This document shows, piece by piece, positions 45,646 through 58,409 of a stretch of DNA of 64,000 nt. This DNA comes from Epithemia pelagica. Taxonomy: Eukaryota; Protista; Bacillariophyta. Every line of letters begins with the position of its first letter. Position 1 is the first letter of the stretch. Position numbers and translations under genes: made by a program. A model generated the notes under the pieces. That model saw only the letters and a list, made by a program, of their open reading frames with translations, was not told where the DNA came from and did not search any database. The DNA is taken from contig OX337239.1 of assembly GCA_946965045.2 (NCBI GenBank), forward strand, positions 2,728,001 to 2,792,000. Direction: 5' to 3'.

Positions 45646-46610
45646 GTGGTATCAAATGGATGGCAATGTACCCCTATTATGAAATGAAAATGTGCCAACT
45701 TTCGGATAATTAACGCGCCCCTTTGGGCAAATTATATGTATGAACTGGGGGGCATTTAATGTAAAATTGGGGTGCATTTTATGTACAAATGGGGGGTGCA
45801 TTGGGGGTGCCTTATTACCCCCTCAGATGAACCCGCTTCCCTTTCCTGACGCTATCCCTTTTGCTTTTTGATTGCAACTGTGTCGTATATTGCTATGTCC
45901 AACCGACATCTTTCACTTAACACAATTAAGCGATGTCGAATAAGGTGGCAAACTAACTCCCACTTTGCTAGTCATTGTTGAGATGATAAGATTCAGGAAT
46001 GTGCATTTAGAGAAATCTTATTAGCGACTTTTTGCTTTTGAGTGTCTTAAAATGTAGTTAAATGTGCGTTTTGGTCCATTTTAGTGGTTGAGAGGTGCAT
46101 TTGAGTGCATAAAATCCGCTCCCCCTGTGCATTTGGGGGCCCATTTTATGAAAAAGGGGGAGTTTTCCCCCTTAGATGTTCTGGAGAGGAAAAATCCAGG
46201 AAAGTGATGAGGGAATTGACAATCCTCATTCGACGAATTGTGGGGAGTGTTAGGATTCTAACCGAAAACTAGGTGGCAAAACCTACAACTCATCGAATGA
46301 TGCTAGTATTTTATGGCATCCGATGACATTTTCTTAAAAGTGAGAAAAGAATGTCGGCATGCTCGCGAAACTATAAATTTGGCCATGGCATGCTCGCATT
46401 ACACGTGTTATCGGCGACCGCTCGGATATTAACTATGGCCCAACACGTGCGCGCCCAAAAGCATCGAGTGCGCGCCTTGACTATCCGAGTACGCGCATCC
46501 ACTATTCGACCTAACACGATTACGCGAGACCATATCTCTGTTCCCACAAATCCAAGAATGCAAACAGCAACGCGCCCAGGACAAGACTTATACCACGACA
46601 AAGCAAGAGC

Positions 46611-46950
46611 TGTTGCATCCCATACATGTTATCTATCACCCTATACATTCAATATACACCAATGCCGGTCTACTCCAACCAGTGAGGACCTATCACACCA
46701 GATCCATGGCCGTATACAAGAGCCAGGGCTTCGGCACCATCAACCACCTTAGTTAGTAATCGTCTCACAATCATTAACCATCACCATTTATCACTTACCT
46801 CAAACAGTGGATCGACTGCCCCTACGGTGGACCTTAACTTGCTCTCTTCTCTGACCCGTGGAGAAGTTAGTATCGATTGGTGATCTAGATTGTCCGCTCT
46901 CCGAGCAACCTGCTAACAACTACTCCGTGTCGATCGTGAGATTCCTAACA
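46611..46950. repeat. Candidate LTR-like segment bounded by TGTT...AACA
   Basis: It has TG...CA ends and abuts a copia RNase H cut at WYS. There is no second copy and no TSD. Confidence 0.3.
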
Positions 46951-47310
46951 GGTATTCATAGCGCCAGAATACAGTGGAGACATCTAGCTTCGGCAGCGAA
47001 TTCGTGGCACTCCGTATCGCGAAGGAAATGATCGTGGGACTTCGCTACAAACTTCGTATGTTTGGTGTGCCCATTGTCAGACCGGCAAGTATCCTGTGCG
47101 ACAATCGTGGTGTTGTGAAGAATACCAGTTTGCCAGCATCCATTCTGAACTAACGACACAACGCGATCAATTATCATTCTGTTCGCGAGGCCGTGGCAGC
47201 CTCGATCATCCGCGTGGGGAAAGAAGATACTGAGTCCAACATTGCCGATTTGTTTACGAAGATTCTTCCACAAGATCGCCGGAATGGGCTTATATCACAG
47301 TTCACGTATT
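46951..47310 (+). mobile_element. CoDi-type copia RNase H fragment
   Basis: YS*RQNTVETSSFGSEFVALRIAKEMIVGLRYKLRMFGVP..CDN..HNAINYHSVREAVAA..NIADLFTK. Confidence 0.9.
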
Positions 47311-47513
47311 CGTCTGCATTCGGTCCCGGCGGTACCCCCAGTATCTCTACAGCTGGCATCAATCCGGCCCTACTGTAGTTCTCAAGTTCTCAGTCCTCGG
47401 GCACTGTCTTATTTGGGTCGATAAGTCATTCAGTACTGAATCCATGGGGAATGGAACGGTCATTACCGTTTACCGGCTTACTTGTTCTCATGCGTTGGAT
47501 GTAGTATAAGATC

Positions 47514-48356
47514 TTATCTTAGTCTTTCTTTTACGAGGATTCTATCGGTGGAAATAAGACAATATTTGACGCGTGCGGCATTCATAAGGGCGCGCGGGGT
47601 GAGTCCTAGAGTGTCGCCCTCTTCGTACGAATTCTTCTTCCGTTTAATGAAGTCGGCAAAATTTCCATGGTTGACGCTTTCATAAGCCTTGAACAAATTC
47701 GGTAGAAGATCCAAAGTCTGTTCGCCACGCGCGTTCAAGCCTTGCAATGTCTCGTTGACATAGAAGTTGAACTTGGGGATGTCTGCGTTAATGTCCATGA
47801 TGTAAATATGCAAGTCGGCCAGGCGCTGTCGCAAGACCATCACCGTTGCCTCCGTGTCCACGTGTGCAAGAGACACGATCACTTTAAGAAGGAGAGGTCC
47901 GGACCCGTGCTTGCTCATCATAAAGTCGTCTCGGCGGACGTTCACCTGAGCCTTCGCGTCGTCCGTCAACGATGCCATGATACAAAGATACGACATGTAG
48001 GAGTTCTGGGTAGTACGATTTCCCCCATAGAATCTGTCCACATAAGAGAACACTTATGGAAGAGATACACGGCCATAATCCGTCGTCAATAGAGGGAGAT
48101 CGACGCCCGGATTTGCAAGGTCTTTTGGGACGGTGAATGTGGTCGTCCAACTCTGTTCCACATTGCGATCCGGAAGGGTATCAAGGAACATCTTGAGTCC
48201 CATGGAATGTAAGTCGTAGAGGTCTCCTTCATCGTAGAGGCCGCGAACAGCTTGCTTTAAAAAAATGGTGCCGCCGGCAGTCGAGAAGTTCACCACTTGA
48301 TTGGCGTTGGCGTGTGTCGGAGAGAATGCGAAAGCAGCGGCCATGATGGAGGACAA
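47514..48356 (-). mobile_element. gag: Copia gag fragment from a different family
   Basis: SGPLLLKVIVSLAHVDTEAT..DIPKFNFYV..LNARGEQTLDLLPNLFKAY..FADFIKRKKNSYEEG resembles diatom copia gag from memory. Frameshifted. Confidence 0.7.
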
Positions 48357-49263
48357 TTGTAGAGCTAATTACAGCTGTAGCTATTTACAGCGCAGAAGAA
48401 GCGTGTGGATTTCTCGTATCCGTAGGACTATGAGAACGGGCTTAACTCGTGTTGTAAACGTGCAAGTTAAGATTGTGAGCTTTTATTTCTATTTGTCTAG
48501 CGATGGTCTTTCCTCCATGGAAGGACCGTTGGATTTGAGTGTTGTGAATTGTCGATTTGGGACGATCTCTTCGATCGTTCCCATCTAAATGAATTGTTGC
48601 TTGCCATCGCCGTCTTCTAATTGATGACGGTTATCCGAATGAGCAAGATTGATCCGCCTATGTAAGATCATTTCGTTAAGCGTATGATCGATGATGCGTT
48701 GGATCTTGTGCTTCCATGACGCGTTGCTTGTTGGCTTGTTCTCATGACACGTCGGTTCATTACCATGTCAGATTGTCCGAAGAGTCTGCTGTTGTTGTTG
48801 TCTTTGCGTTGGACAGCTCTTCTCTTCTCGACCGAATCACTTCCGAATGGCAGTCGCGTTTACGGTCATTGCTGCGATCTTTTGAACACGCGCCCCATCG
48901 GCTTGACCATGTGACGCGGGTATTAAATCAGGCTGAGGAGACTGCTGTTGGCTCGGTTGTTGTTGTTATCGTCCTCGTTGTAGTTGACTTCGTTGTTTCA
49001 GCTTGCATAATCCCCTTTTTCCTTTTCCTAGAACTTGCTTCTGCTACTCCTACAAGCTACGAGGTCAATGCACTTCAAATGTGGAGCGATTCAGGAATGG
49101 TCTATGTATTGAGGGCCTCACTAGCTCGGGAGGATTTATGTGTTCTGCGTGGTTGATTATAGGAGTATATTATATCCGTATGTGGTTTCTAGATTTGGAA
49201 CTGTCCATTTCTGCTTATGAAAACTGTCCGTCCCTCCCTCCTCCACATCAATCACAGAGAGAA

Positions 49264-50469
49264 CTAATGCCCAGCAAGTAGCTCAATGGTCTCATTCTGT
49301 CGTGGACAATCTGGACGATACGAGTCCCACCAATTTCGACATTGCATGTTATCTTTCTCCTCCTTTCGGTAAACGGCCGTATTGTTATTTCTAAACATGG
49401 GGATTGGATAGAGGTCTCTGCTTGGAACAAAGAGGAAGCCTTCATTGTTGTAGATATGCCTGAGAAAGCGTTCATGACTGCATACTCGGTTTGATGGCAG
49501 CAACTGTGCTCTTGTAAAGGCTACGATTGGAGCCATAAAATATGCGTAGGCGCCATCGGAATGGACAAAGCCACCACGATCATTTAGTCCATTCCAATTA
49601 CGGCAATACGGTGTGACCATTATGGGGCATTGTTGACCTTTTTGGACTTTCCCAAGATCAACCTCTTTTTTCACTGGCGGCGGATTGTGCAGATACTCAT
49701 TGAATCGGGCAATTGGAAGACGATTTTGAAATCCAACGTCATCTCGCCATCTAGCTACTATTCCATGACTGTAGTCGTGCCCTGTCCCAACCATGTGTCT
49801 GTAGCACAGCTCCCCTGTTATTGCTTGACGAACATGATTTTGAGCTCTCCCTTTATCATAAGCAAAGAAACTTGGGTCTTTTAGTTTTTTGTCATTGCCC
49901 ATTTGTGCAAGACGTAATCTGTATTCATGGTGTACAGTCGGATCTTTCACATGTTCAATGGGCTGTGATGTTACCACATTGAATCCTTTCTTTGCCAAGT
50001 ATTGTGCTGCCTGCTTGTACTCAGTGAATTGAGGTACATGTTTGGCTCGTTCAGTGGAAATCTGCTGTTTGGTATAGATTGCTTTGTTCTCAGTCATTAT
50101 CAAGGCAATATCAATCGTCCCACCAATGTCTTCCATTATAGGGTTCAACATATTTTTTATCTTGTTGTCAAGCTCAAGGCGTTCCAATTGTCCATTGATA
50201 CAAACAAATGAACGAATCATCGGTTTTGGATCATGCAGAACATGTTGTTCGACTTCCTGCTCCTTTTCATTGATGCAGAGCGACTGCTTCTCTTCCTTCT
50301 CCACAAGGATGATTTGGGCCACAGTTATAGTATAAATTCCAATCACCAAAAGCCGTGAGAGTATGGTCCATCCAAAATAATTTCTCTTTTTGTGAGAAGC
50401 ACTCTGCTTCAATGGCATTTCCCTTTCTTGACCGATCATGGGTATTTCAGGAGATCTCAGCATGGGCAA
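49264..50469 (-). CDS. Probable host type II membrane protein, glycosyltransferase-like
   Basis: An intact 401-aa ORF with an N-terminal hydrophobic anchor (ILSRLLVIGIYTITVAQIIL), then RWRDD and GLNDRGG motifs and HERFL. The GT assignment is tentative. Confidence 0.6.
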   Translation of the reverse strand: MPMLRSPEIPMIGQEREMPLKQSASHKKRNYFGWTILSRLLVIGIYTITVAQIILVEKEEKQSLCINEKEQEVEQHVLHDPKPMIRSFVCINGQLERLELDNKIKNMLNPIMEDIGGTIDIALIMTENKAIYTKQQISTERAKHVPQFTEYKQAAQYLAKKGFNVVTSQPIEHVKDPTVHHEYRLRLAQMGNDKKLKDPSFFAYDKGRAQNHVRQAITGELCYRHMVGTGHDYSHGIVARWRDDVGFQNRLPIARFNEYLHNPPPVKKEVDLGKVQKGQQCPIMVTPYCRNWNGLNDRGGFVHSDGAYAYFMAPIVAFTRAQLLPSNRVCSHERFLRHIYNNEGFLFVPSRDLYPIPMFRNNNTAVYRKEEKDNMQCRNWWDSYRPDCPRQNETIELLAGH

Positions 50470-50933
50470 CCAGCGCAGTGAGCAAAGTCCCCAACAGGAA
50501 AATATTGAAAAACAAGATGAAAAGCTGACTGGCTGCAGCCGAAAATCGACAACAACAACTCAACTGCTGCAAGTCGCTGGTGAATGTCACAAACTGGACC
50601 GGTTTGCAAAAGTGACTAGCAGAGTCTCCTGTAGGATCCAAAAAGTACCAATCGACAACCATACAATTGTCGAACGTGTTTCTTGTAGGTTGTCAACACC
50701 ACTAGATTAACGATGAAATGGAAGGACTGAACAGAGAGAAAATAGAGTGATGTGAGCGAGTTAAAATGGATGTGGATTGAGTTAAAATGGATGTGGATTA
50801 ATCTTTGTAGGGACAGACATTACCATTGTTGCCCTAACAGATTCTACCTGGCCTCTTGGGACCAATGTCTTTACCAAGCACGTCCGTCAGTCCCTATGCA
50901 TTCCGTTGAACGGATTTTCGATTTTCCCATACT

Positions 50934-52714
50934 GGGTATCTACTGAAATCATATAGTTTACGACACAACATAACACATCATAACTCCGTTTAGGTTATGT
51001 TTATGTTTATGACAGTTAGGCTCACTGAAATTTAACTAGAACATAAAACATAACACAAATCATAATTTTGAAAAACGCATGGTCATCTTGAAAATACCTT
51101 ATACTAGTCGCACATAGCTCATGATAGTGCGGGAGGAGTGTGACATCAATGATATATTATACAATGCTGTCTACTACATACCAGTAGCCATGCCCTGGAA
51201 TTTTTGGATGTGTTATGTGTGAATCACACCACAAACATAACACAAAAACAGTTTATGAGCGGGTTATGAGCTTAAGGAAAATTTGTGTTATGTTCCCTCG
51301 GTATCAGTGTCCACTGCTTAGCTGTTTTTTGTCTGTGCCACCTTCACAGGTTCCCACGTGGACACAGACAGCATTTTTCGCTTTTGATGTAAATAGAAAT
51401 TATCAAATTGCAAATTGGCACGCATGCCCAGCTGAATTTTTCGACGTTTGAAGCGGACGCAAGCCCAACAAGCGTCCCCTTCGTGGATGACGGTTGGTTG
51501 TTGCATAATTTGGGGCAGGCTCACAATTCTCTTTTCTTTTGCCAAAGCACATCGTACTTACTAGGTACTTACGAATGTTACTGGCTTTCCAGGTGAGCTT
51601 GATCCATTGCCAATTGCCATGTTGTCAATGACATCAGTCATGCTCACTGCCACTTGCCACTTTTGTTTGCTCTGCTCGTGTTAGACGCTACTCATCTGTT
51701 TAGTCGCTGGGCAGCTCATTACTTGCCATTGTTCATTCTTGTCGAACAGAAATGACTGGTTTTTGCTGAGCCCCATAACTTTGATTGCATTAAAATACAT
51801 ACTCTATACTCTAGACCTTCTTTTGTTTATTTACTAGTAGTATAACGCCAGTGCTTGTCATCCATGAGACTTTTGAGCCTTCTGAATTCGTTGGAGCTCT
51901 GTTCTTTGTTTTGAGCACGACGATGGCCCTCAGTTTTGCTATGAAAACACAACAGAACAGCTCTCACAAGCTTGTACCGCTCACTTTGAGCACTTTGTGT
52001 CGCCTACCTAGGTAGGATATGATAATTGGTCAGTAGGGTGTGGCAAGATGGCTTCCCATCTATTTGATGCAAAAACAACATCGTTGAGAAATGATTGAGA
52101 ATGACGCTATGATGAGAGACAAGAGAGAATAATCTATCCTATAGAGCATATGACAGTAGCCAAAAAACAATCAAACAACAAACGATTACGACAAGGAAAA
52201 GATATTCCAGTTGACATCTGGCGGCTTGTCATCTACTCGTACAAAATGAGACAAAAGTAAAGGATCATGCAAGAACAATAGGAAAGACAGCTGCAGCAGT
52301 GATGCGTGAGAAAAAGGGAAAAGAGACCACAAGATAAGTAATAAGCAGCAATAGAGAGAAACGGTTCAGTCCAGCATGATCCATCCATTGTTCTCACCTC
52401 ACCCCCGTCATGGTCAAGCATTTGGCTCGGTTTTGGGTTTTTGTGACAGGTGTCGAGATGATGATGGATGCCCAAATTTGAATCGTGGTGACCCGGCGAG
52501 GACAACCACCCACCGTCAACTGTCACTTGCACGCTGGCCTTGCTTCAACCCTGAGGAATTTTAATGGCTAGACAGACAGACGAAAAACGACAAATGCTGT
52601 CTGTGTCCACTTGGGAACCTTTGAAGATGGCACAGACAAAAAACAGCTAAGCAGTGGACACTGATACCGAGGGTTTACGTTATGTCGTCATCTATATGAT
52701 TTCAGTAGATACCC
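50934..52714. mobile_element. Non-autonomous DNA transposon (PIF/Harbinger-like MITE) with 23-bp TIRs and a 3-bp TSD ACT
   Basis: GGGTATCTACTGAAATCATATAG at 50934-50956 and its reverse complement at 52692-52714, with ACT at 50931-50933 and 52715-52717. Internal AACATAACAC subterminal repeats. Confidence 0.85.
51295..52673. mobile_element. Nested non-autonomous DNA transposon with 82-bp TIRs starting CCCTCGG
   Basis: 51295-51376 is the reverse complement of 52592-52673 with 3 mismatches. The TSD is unclear. Confidence 0.9.
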
Positions 52715-52995
52715 ACTACCTACTCACTACGAGCAGAGTCTGGGTACTTCATCCTCATTCGTCAGACCCAACGCTCCCATTCCGTCTTTCCATTTGTCGT
52801 CCATATAACACACGAACACAAAGATATTATTTATTAACCAACACTGGGGGGGGGGGGGGGGACTAGGCCCCCCACCCATTAAAAAATTGAATCTATTATA
52901 ACGCTGCCGCACGTACCCACTCAGGGGGAAACGCCGACCGACGCGCCGGGCATATGCGAGGACTAACAAAGGTGAAATCTAGCGACACTAGGTAA

Positions 52996-53462
52996 CTAGC
53001 GAGAGGAACAAACGGATTTGAGGATCACAGGTCGCCAAGTGTCAAGCCATGATCTCAAGCTAGCAGAGGTCGTATGGGTGGTGAAGTGAATGTCCGGTGA
53101 TGGGCAAAACAAAATCTGATCCTGAGGATCAACAGAAGTACGGAGACAATAGAGGCATCGAATCTCGCGTTGAGCTTGTGCCAACGCAGCATCTTCTCGT
53201 GTCGTGTTATTGTGTCCATGCAAGTCTTGATTTCGGTCGTCGAGGTGACAAAGAGAGTCCCGTTGAACTGACCAGATTAAGATGGTGGTGATTGAATCAA
53301 ATAATGATCTTGAAGCGTAGCCCAGTCGGTAACAAATTGCCATAAAAGAGATGAACAACTCCCACAGTTGATTGACGTGCTAGGCCCCACACCCATATCC
53401 CAGATAAGGGAGCGATCCGAAGTCGCGCCATGGTCGCAGAACTTCAGAATCTGGAACAACAA
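52996..53462 (-). mobile_element. 3' coding relic of a non-LTR (LINE-like) retrotransposon
   Basis: WATLQDHYL ... W..(D)RNQDLHG ... DPQDQILF ... SLRSWLDTWRPVI resembles the W-xx-RN-xxx-HG C-terminus of LINE ORF2 proteins. Confidence 0.5.
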
Positions 53463-53629
53463 AAAATAATGGAGAGTACAGGAAACGATCTCCTACATAA
53501 CGGCGACAACAAGGTTGAAATAATGTACGTTGGAGAGTCGATCTCCTACACAACGGAAACAACAAGATTGAAAAAAGGCACTACACCTAAATATAACTAC
53601 TGATGATCACTTAAAACATTGAGACTACT

Positions 53630-56600
53630 ATTCTCGCACTTGCCCATTGGCAAACTCAACTTCATAAATCATGGAGTTAGAGATGGGTTGTGGTCATACT
53701 TCCCGGTGACCTTTCCATCGGGTCCTAATGCCCGTCGCGTCACTTTGCCCGTGCGATATTCTTCACCCAGCTGCATTTGTACTTCTGCTTGGAGCAGTCG
53801 ATCGTACGCTGGGAGTTGATTGAGAACGCGCCCATTGGTTTCCACCATGTCTTCCATTTCAGGAACTGGGCGCGAGGGTTCGTCATCGTCATCGTAGTTT
53901 TCAAATTCGTCGTCGTTGGGTTTTGAGATTTTGGGAGGCGGGCTGGTCGATGTCCCGTATCTCCTCTCGATCAGTTCGTAGAACAACTGTCGTTTCTTGA
54001 TCTCTGTGGGACTGTGCTCCTCTGAGGCGTGGAGGGGGCGAACAGAGCGTCGTAGCACGACTCGTCCATTCGCCTTTAATACCCACTGAGCCATTTCATT
54101 CCCTTCACCTCGTGCAGGACCTAGCACGCGACCAAGTACATCTTGGTTGTGGGGAAATGGGGCCGTATGCTCCCGGCAGTAACACCACTCATACCATTTA
54201 TACTGACAGACGTTTGAGATGTCACCTTCTTCTCCCATCGTCATGGTGTAAGGGTTGGTTCCCCGAATCTTCGGATGATCCCGTGCGGTCAGGTTATAGA
54301 TCCGCACCCGTCGTTCAAGACAGTAATCCCAGAATGGTAGAGGGGAGTGGGACTCCCGCATGTCCTTTCAGGCGGCTTCTTTCATCAACTTGATATACAA
54401 CTCCGCCTTGTTGGACCATGGTGTCCCTTCTTCCAAGGCTCAGAGAGTTGTTCCAATGTCATTCAGGAAGAGTTTGACGTCGGGTTTCATTTGCTCTCCT
54501 GACATATCGCAAATGATGGCTTGTGGTGCACCGATTTCCTTAGCGAACTGCTTTACCGCGTGCATCACTTCTGATTTGCGTTTCAGTGGTACCACGTAGA
54601 TGAAGCCTTTATCCGTAACAAATAATTGACAGCAAGTGTTCCCACGCGATGATTTCCCACCTTTACTGGTTGCGAACAGCGTATCCATGAAGAAGTAATC
54701 ATTTATCCTTCGGTACCTCAGCATCCGATCGTTGGTACCATAGTTCTGCGATAAACTAGGGTCCATTGGTCTCATGCTGCTCTGAGTGGTTGCTGCCAAC
54801 GTCCGTGTCGCATCTTCATGACTGATGCGCCAGATTTTGGATAAATGTGCCGCGTCCACTCCTCGTGGATTGCGGGCATCGACGGCTGATGACAAAAAGA
54901 TGTCGTCCAGGTCGTCGGACGTTTCCAATTCCATCCAGTCATTCTCGTCGAGTTCATCATTGCTCCCATCACTTTGCTCCTCTGAGGACGATACATCTGT
55001 CACAATCAAAAGGTCGTCGTCGTATGGGGCCATCAATTCGCCAATGCCTATGGCGTCATATCCAAATTCAGCTCTTTCCTCCATTGCTCTTGCCATATTG
55101 GATTCGGAAAGCGTTCAAGAGATAACAGACAGGTGGTTTGTCGATTTGTCCCAGCCATTCATACTCCGTACATTCATTTGAGCTCGGCATTGACACACGC
55201 CGTCGATTGCTTCGGCTTCCATTGATGATATGGTGTACTCGTCCTTGTCATCAGGTATGTCATTGATAATCACAGTCACTCGATCTCTTGGCTCACGCAT
55301 ATTGCCTTCCCAATCCAACATATTGGCCTCATTTGCCGCATATGCATCGGAGTGAGGATTCCAAATTGATGGGGTAAGGACGTAAGTGTCAAGACCAGTC
55401 ATCAGATCGTCCTCCGATGGTCGTTGGGTGGAGAAGAATGAGAAGACTCCCCACAATGATAGTTGAATCCGAAACCCCGTCGTCGGGAACACTACCGCAT
55501 GGTCATCGGTTGTCGGATCTACCGTGTGGATTTTAGGCTTGTCATTGACGATGATGCCTGCCTCTCGCATGAGCAATGGTGGTATGAGATTATGTTCCAT
55601 TGCTTTCACATATATCGCATTTCTCACCACTAGTATGTAAGTTTTGCCCTCGTATGGGCAGTCGTATTTCAGTGCCGCGTCGACCAACTCTGCCGTAGTC
55701 GTGGAGTAGTCGGGCGAGAACGGGCTCACGTCCACCGTTCTTCCGGTCCAATTCAGAACGTAAACGTTGCGTCCAACCACGGGCATGTTGGCATGGCTGT
55801 CGAGTTCCGTTCTGGAACCGCCATCGGTTGACATCTCTTCCATGTCGTCATGAGTCATATCACTTGCAGCCACGAGAGCCGCAAAGTGTTGTTGGGAGAT
55901 TTGAATTTTTCCAGGATCCAAGTGGTTGTTGTGTCCGGCTGCAGTGATTGTCCTCCTCCTCGTGACGTCGTGGAGGAGATGTTCACCACCGGACCTCGTC
56001 AGGCCTTTGCCTGTTTCAGGATGGATCGTAGGGTGACTTTGGGTTTGGGTTTGTCATCAGCTTTGGGCTTCGTTTCATCGAGTTGTTGCGCCACTGCTGC
56101 CTGTACGAGGCTGGCAATGTTGGCTTCTTCATCCTCAGCTTTTGACTCCTCTTGAACCAATTTCTTTAGTTCCTTAGCAATCACCGCTGCGATCTGCTTT
56201 TTCGTCCCTTTGAATCGCTTATTGCCTCCAGAGGTGTTGTCAGAGTCCTTTTTAGGCGGCGGGTTCTTCGTCCGCCACTCTCGTAATTCGTCCTTTTGCT
56301 CTTTCGACAATCCACGGTACTCATCCGGTGTATGGTATCGAAGATGCACACCGGTTTTGCCTATACTGGCTTTGCGTTTCTTCGTTGTCGCAGTTGCACT
56401 GGAGGCTTGGGCCGTCGGGTCATCATCGATCCCTTCAGCAGCATCAACCGCGGAGATTTGGGAGGATCCGCATTTATTCGACGCCGTTGCGCGGCGTTTG
56501 GCCACTGGATCGTAAGGCAAGAGATGAGCTGCCGCTCTTTCAAAATCATTTCGCATTCCAGTCGGGCCGTCGTCGGTCCGAATACTGGCCATGGCAGCTT

Positions 56601-57802
56601 GCAGACCAGCATCCGAGCAATGGATGCCTTCCAACAGATAGCTCACTCTTGTGTGGGAATTCGGGAGTTGATACTCCACATGGGCAGCACATTGCTGCAT
56701 CGAAACGAAGGCGTTTCTGTGTTGCCCAATAAAACCTTCTAAAGGAAAGTTGGATTGCCCCTTCCAAATCCTGGTATGTAGAAGGTCGTCTTGCTTCTTC
56801 AATTCGGCCTCCCACTTGTCCTTTCCAGCGTATTGGTTGGTAAGAGCCAACCATGCTCCCCTTCCATCCTTGCCGGGTTGGAATGGCTTGATCGAAGCTG
56901 CATAGACAGTCCCTCGTGTCGCCTCTTCCAAATGTAATAGACAGCCGCGTTGTCATCGCGATACAACTCATGGGCATGAGAGGCTCGGGCAATCAATTCC
57001 CCCTTCAACGGATCCATGTTCTTCCGAATGCGGCTTATTCGTCAGAAGGGCTGGGGCAGCAACAGGGACATCCACAGTTGCTCGCGTGACGTAAGCCAAC
57101 GGAATGGTCCGAACACCGATAACTCGATAGAGGAAATCGTGGAAAGCTTCCGACCACTTGATTATTGGTAGAGCCTTGCTAATCTTGGGCACCTCAGGAA
57201 CATCATCGTCCTTCTTACGGGCCTGTAGGGCCTTCCACTGTACTTCGAAATTCCGAATGACATGCGTCCATCGTAGATTCGCAGTGGTCAATTCACGGTC
57301 CGCTGTATTGTAGTAGCGAACGATGTCGCATGCTACACTCTAGCGGTGTTGGGACTTGGCCCCGAAAATGAACGGTGGTGTCGGTATCGTTGCACCAGGA
57401 GCCGCCCCGGGGTTGGGATCAGGGATTCGCCCTGCCGGTTTCCTGAGGTTATCAGCTAATTGCTGCAAAGATTCCTTGTCGAAATCGGCTAGATCCGCAA
57501 CAACCGCGATACCTTCCACTTGAAGTTGGACAACCGTTGCGTGTGGGATGCCCATTTGGGCCGGTTGTTCAAAGAACGCTAACGTCTGCGCTGCAGTAAG
57601 TATCATCGTCGTCAATCAATCTTTGTACTGCACGTGAAAAACTCGCCAGTGGGTCTGATAAACTGCTGAAAATTCGCGGTAAATCAAACTATAATATGTT
57701 TCACATCTACTTGGGAACTTTCACACATTCGCTAATTCCCTCACATTTTGGCGACGTGGCTCGCCCGGCTATTTTATCCGTTTGGCACCCGTTATTTCAA
57801 CA
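53630..57802 (-). mobile_element. Second CoDi-like Ty1/copia element, 3'-truncated after integrase, with stops and frameshifts
   Basis: In order: 5' LTR, PBS, gag (57606 onward), protease ELDSHANMPVVG, HLSKIWRIS, FFMDTLF, IICDMSGE, WSNKAELYI, FWDYCLE and (N)SMIYEVEF. No RT or 3' LTR. Confidence 0.93.
57664..57802 (-). repeat. 5' LTR (139 bp) of the second CoDi
   Basis: On the minus strand it reads TGTTGAAA...TTTCAGCA and is followed directly by the shared PBS. Confidence 0.8.
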
Positions 57803-58125
57803 AGTGAGCATTTACTCCACTGAATGTGATCCGCTGATTCTTCTACTTTACTGCTTCTCTAAATTTATTGTCGGCGAATATTCCATTGTCGGCATGATAA
57901 TGTTTAATCGTCACGCCGTGGGTGTCCGCCCATTCTTCGAAAAGGTTCTTCCCCTCGATCGTATCCTTGGCTGATGTAGATCGTTGTACGTATACATAAC
58001 CTATCCCTGAGTAGTGGTCGACAAAGATGGTAGCCACTCTATATCGATCCCGTGTTGGAGTCCCTCGTAGATGGCCGATATAACCCGGAGTGTTGGAGAT
58101 CATTTGATCCACGGGTACAACTACA
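57803..58125 (-). mobile_element. Integrase fragment of another copia family, interrupted by the CoDi insertion
   Basis: VDQMISNTPG..RYRVATIFVDHYS..IKHYHADNGIF..AVK*KNQRITFSGVNAH stops exactly at the LTR edge. Confidence 0.88.
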
Positions 58126-58409
58126 TGACATGCTTTTATAATGGTTCTGATGATAAAGAACAACTGTTGTCTTGACAGCCATAAAGATAGATTCTCTATA
58201 TATTGTCGTCTATCAATTATCTCCATTATGCATGGCAGTGCTTGAGCATCTCGTTCCTTGTATCCTGTGCTGAATTGCCAAGAGCTCATGTCCGCGCAGA
58301 TGAAAACGTGTGAAAGCCAGACGCAATGAATGACTCAAACTGATCCGGATCAGGCTAGGAGGAAGACAAATGCGCCCCAATGCTAACAGGAGAAAGAAGA
58401 GAACACGTG

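Noticed and set aside
46611-46950. Solo LTR with target-site duplication
   Set aside because: The flanks AGAGC and GGTAT do not match, so it is kept only as a low-confidence LTR-like segment.
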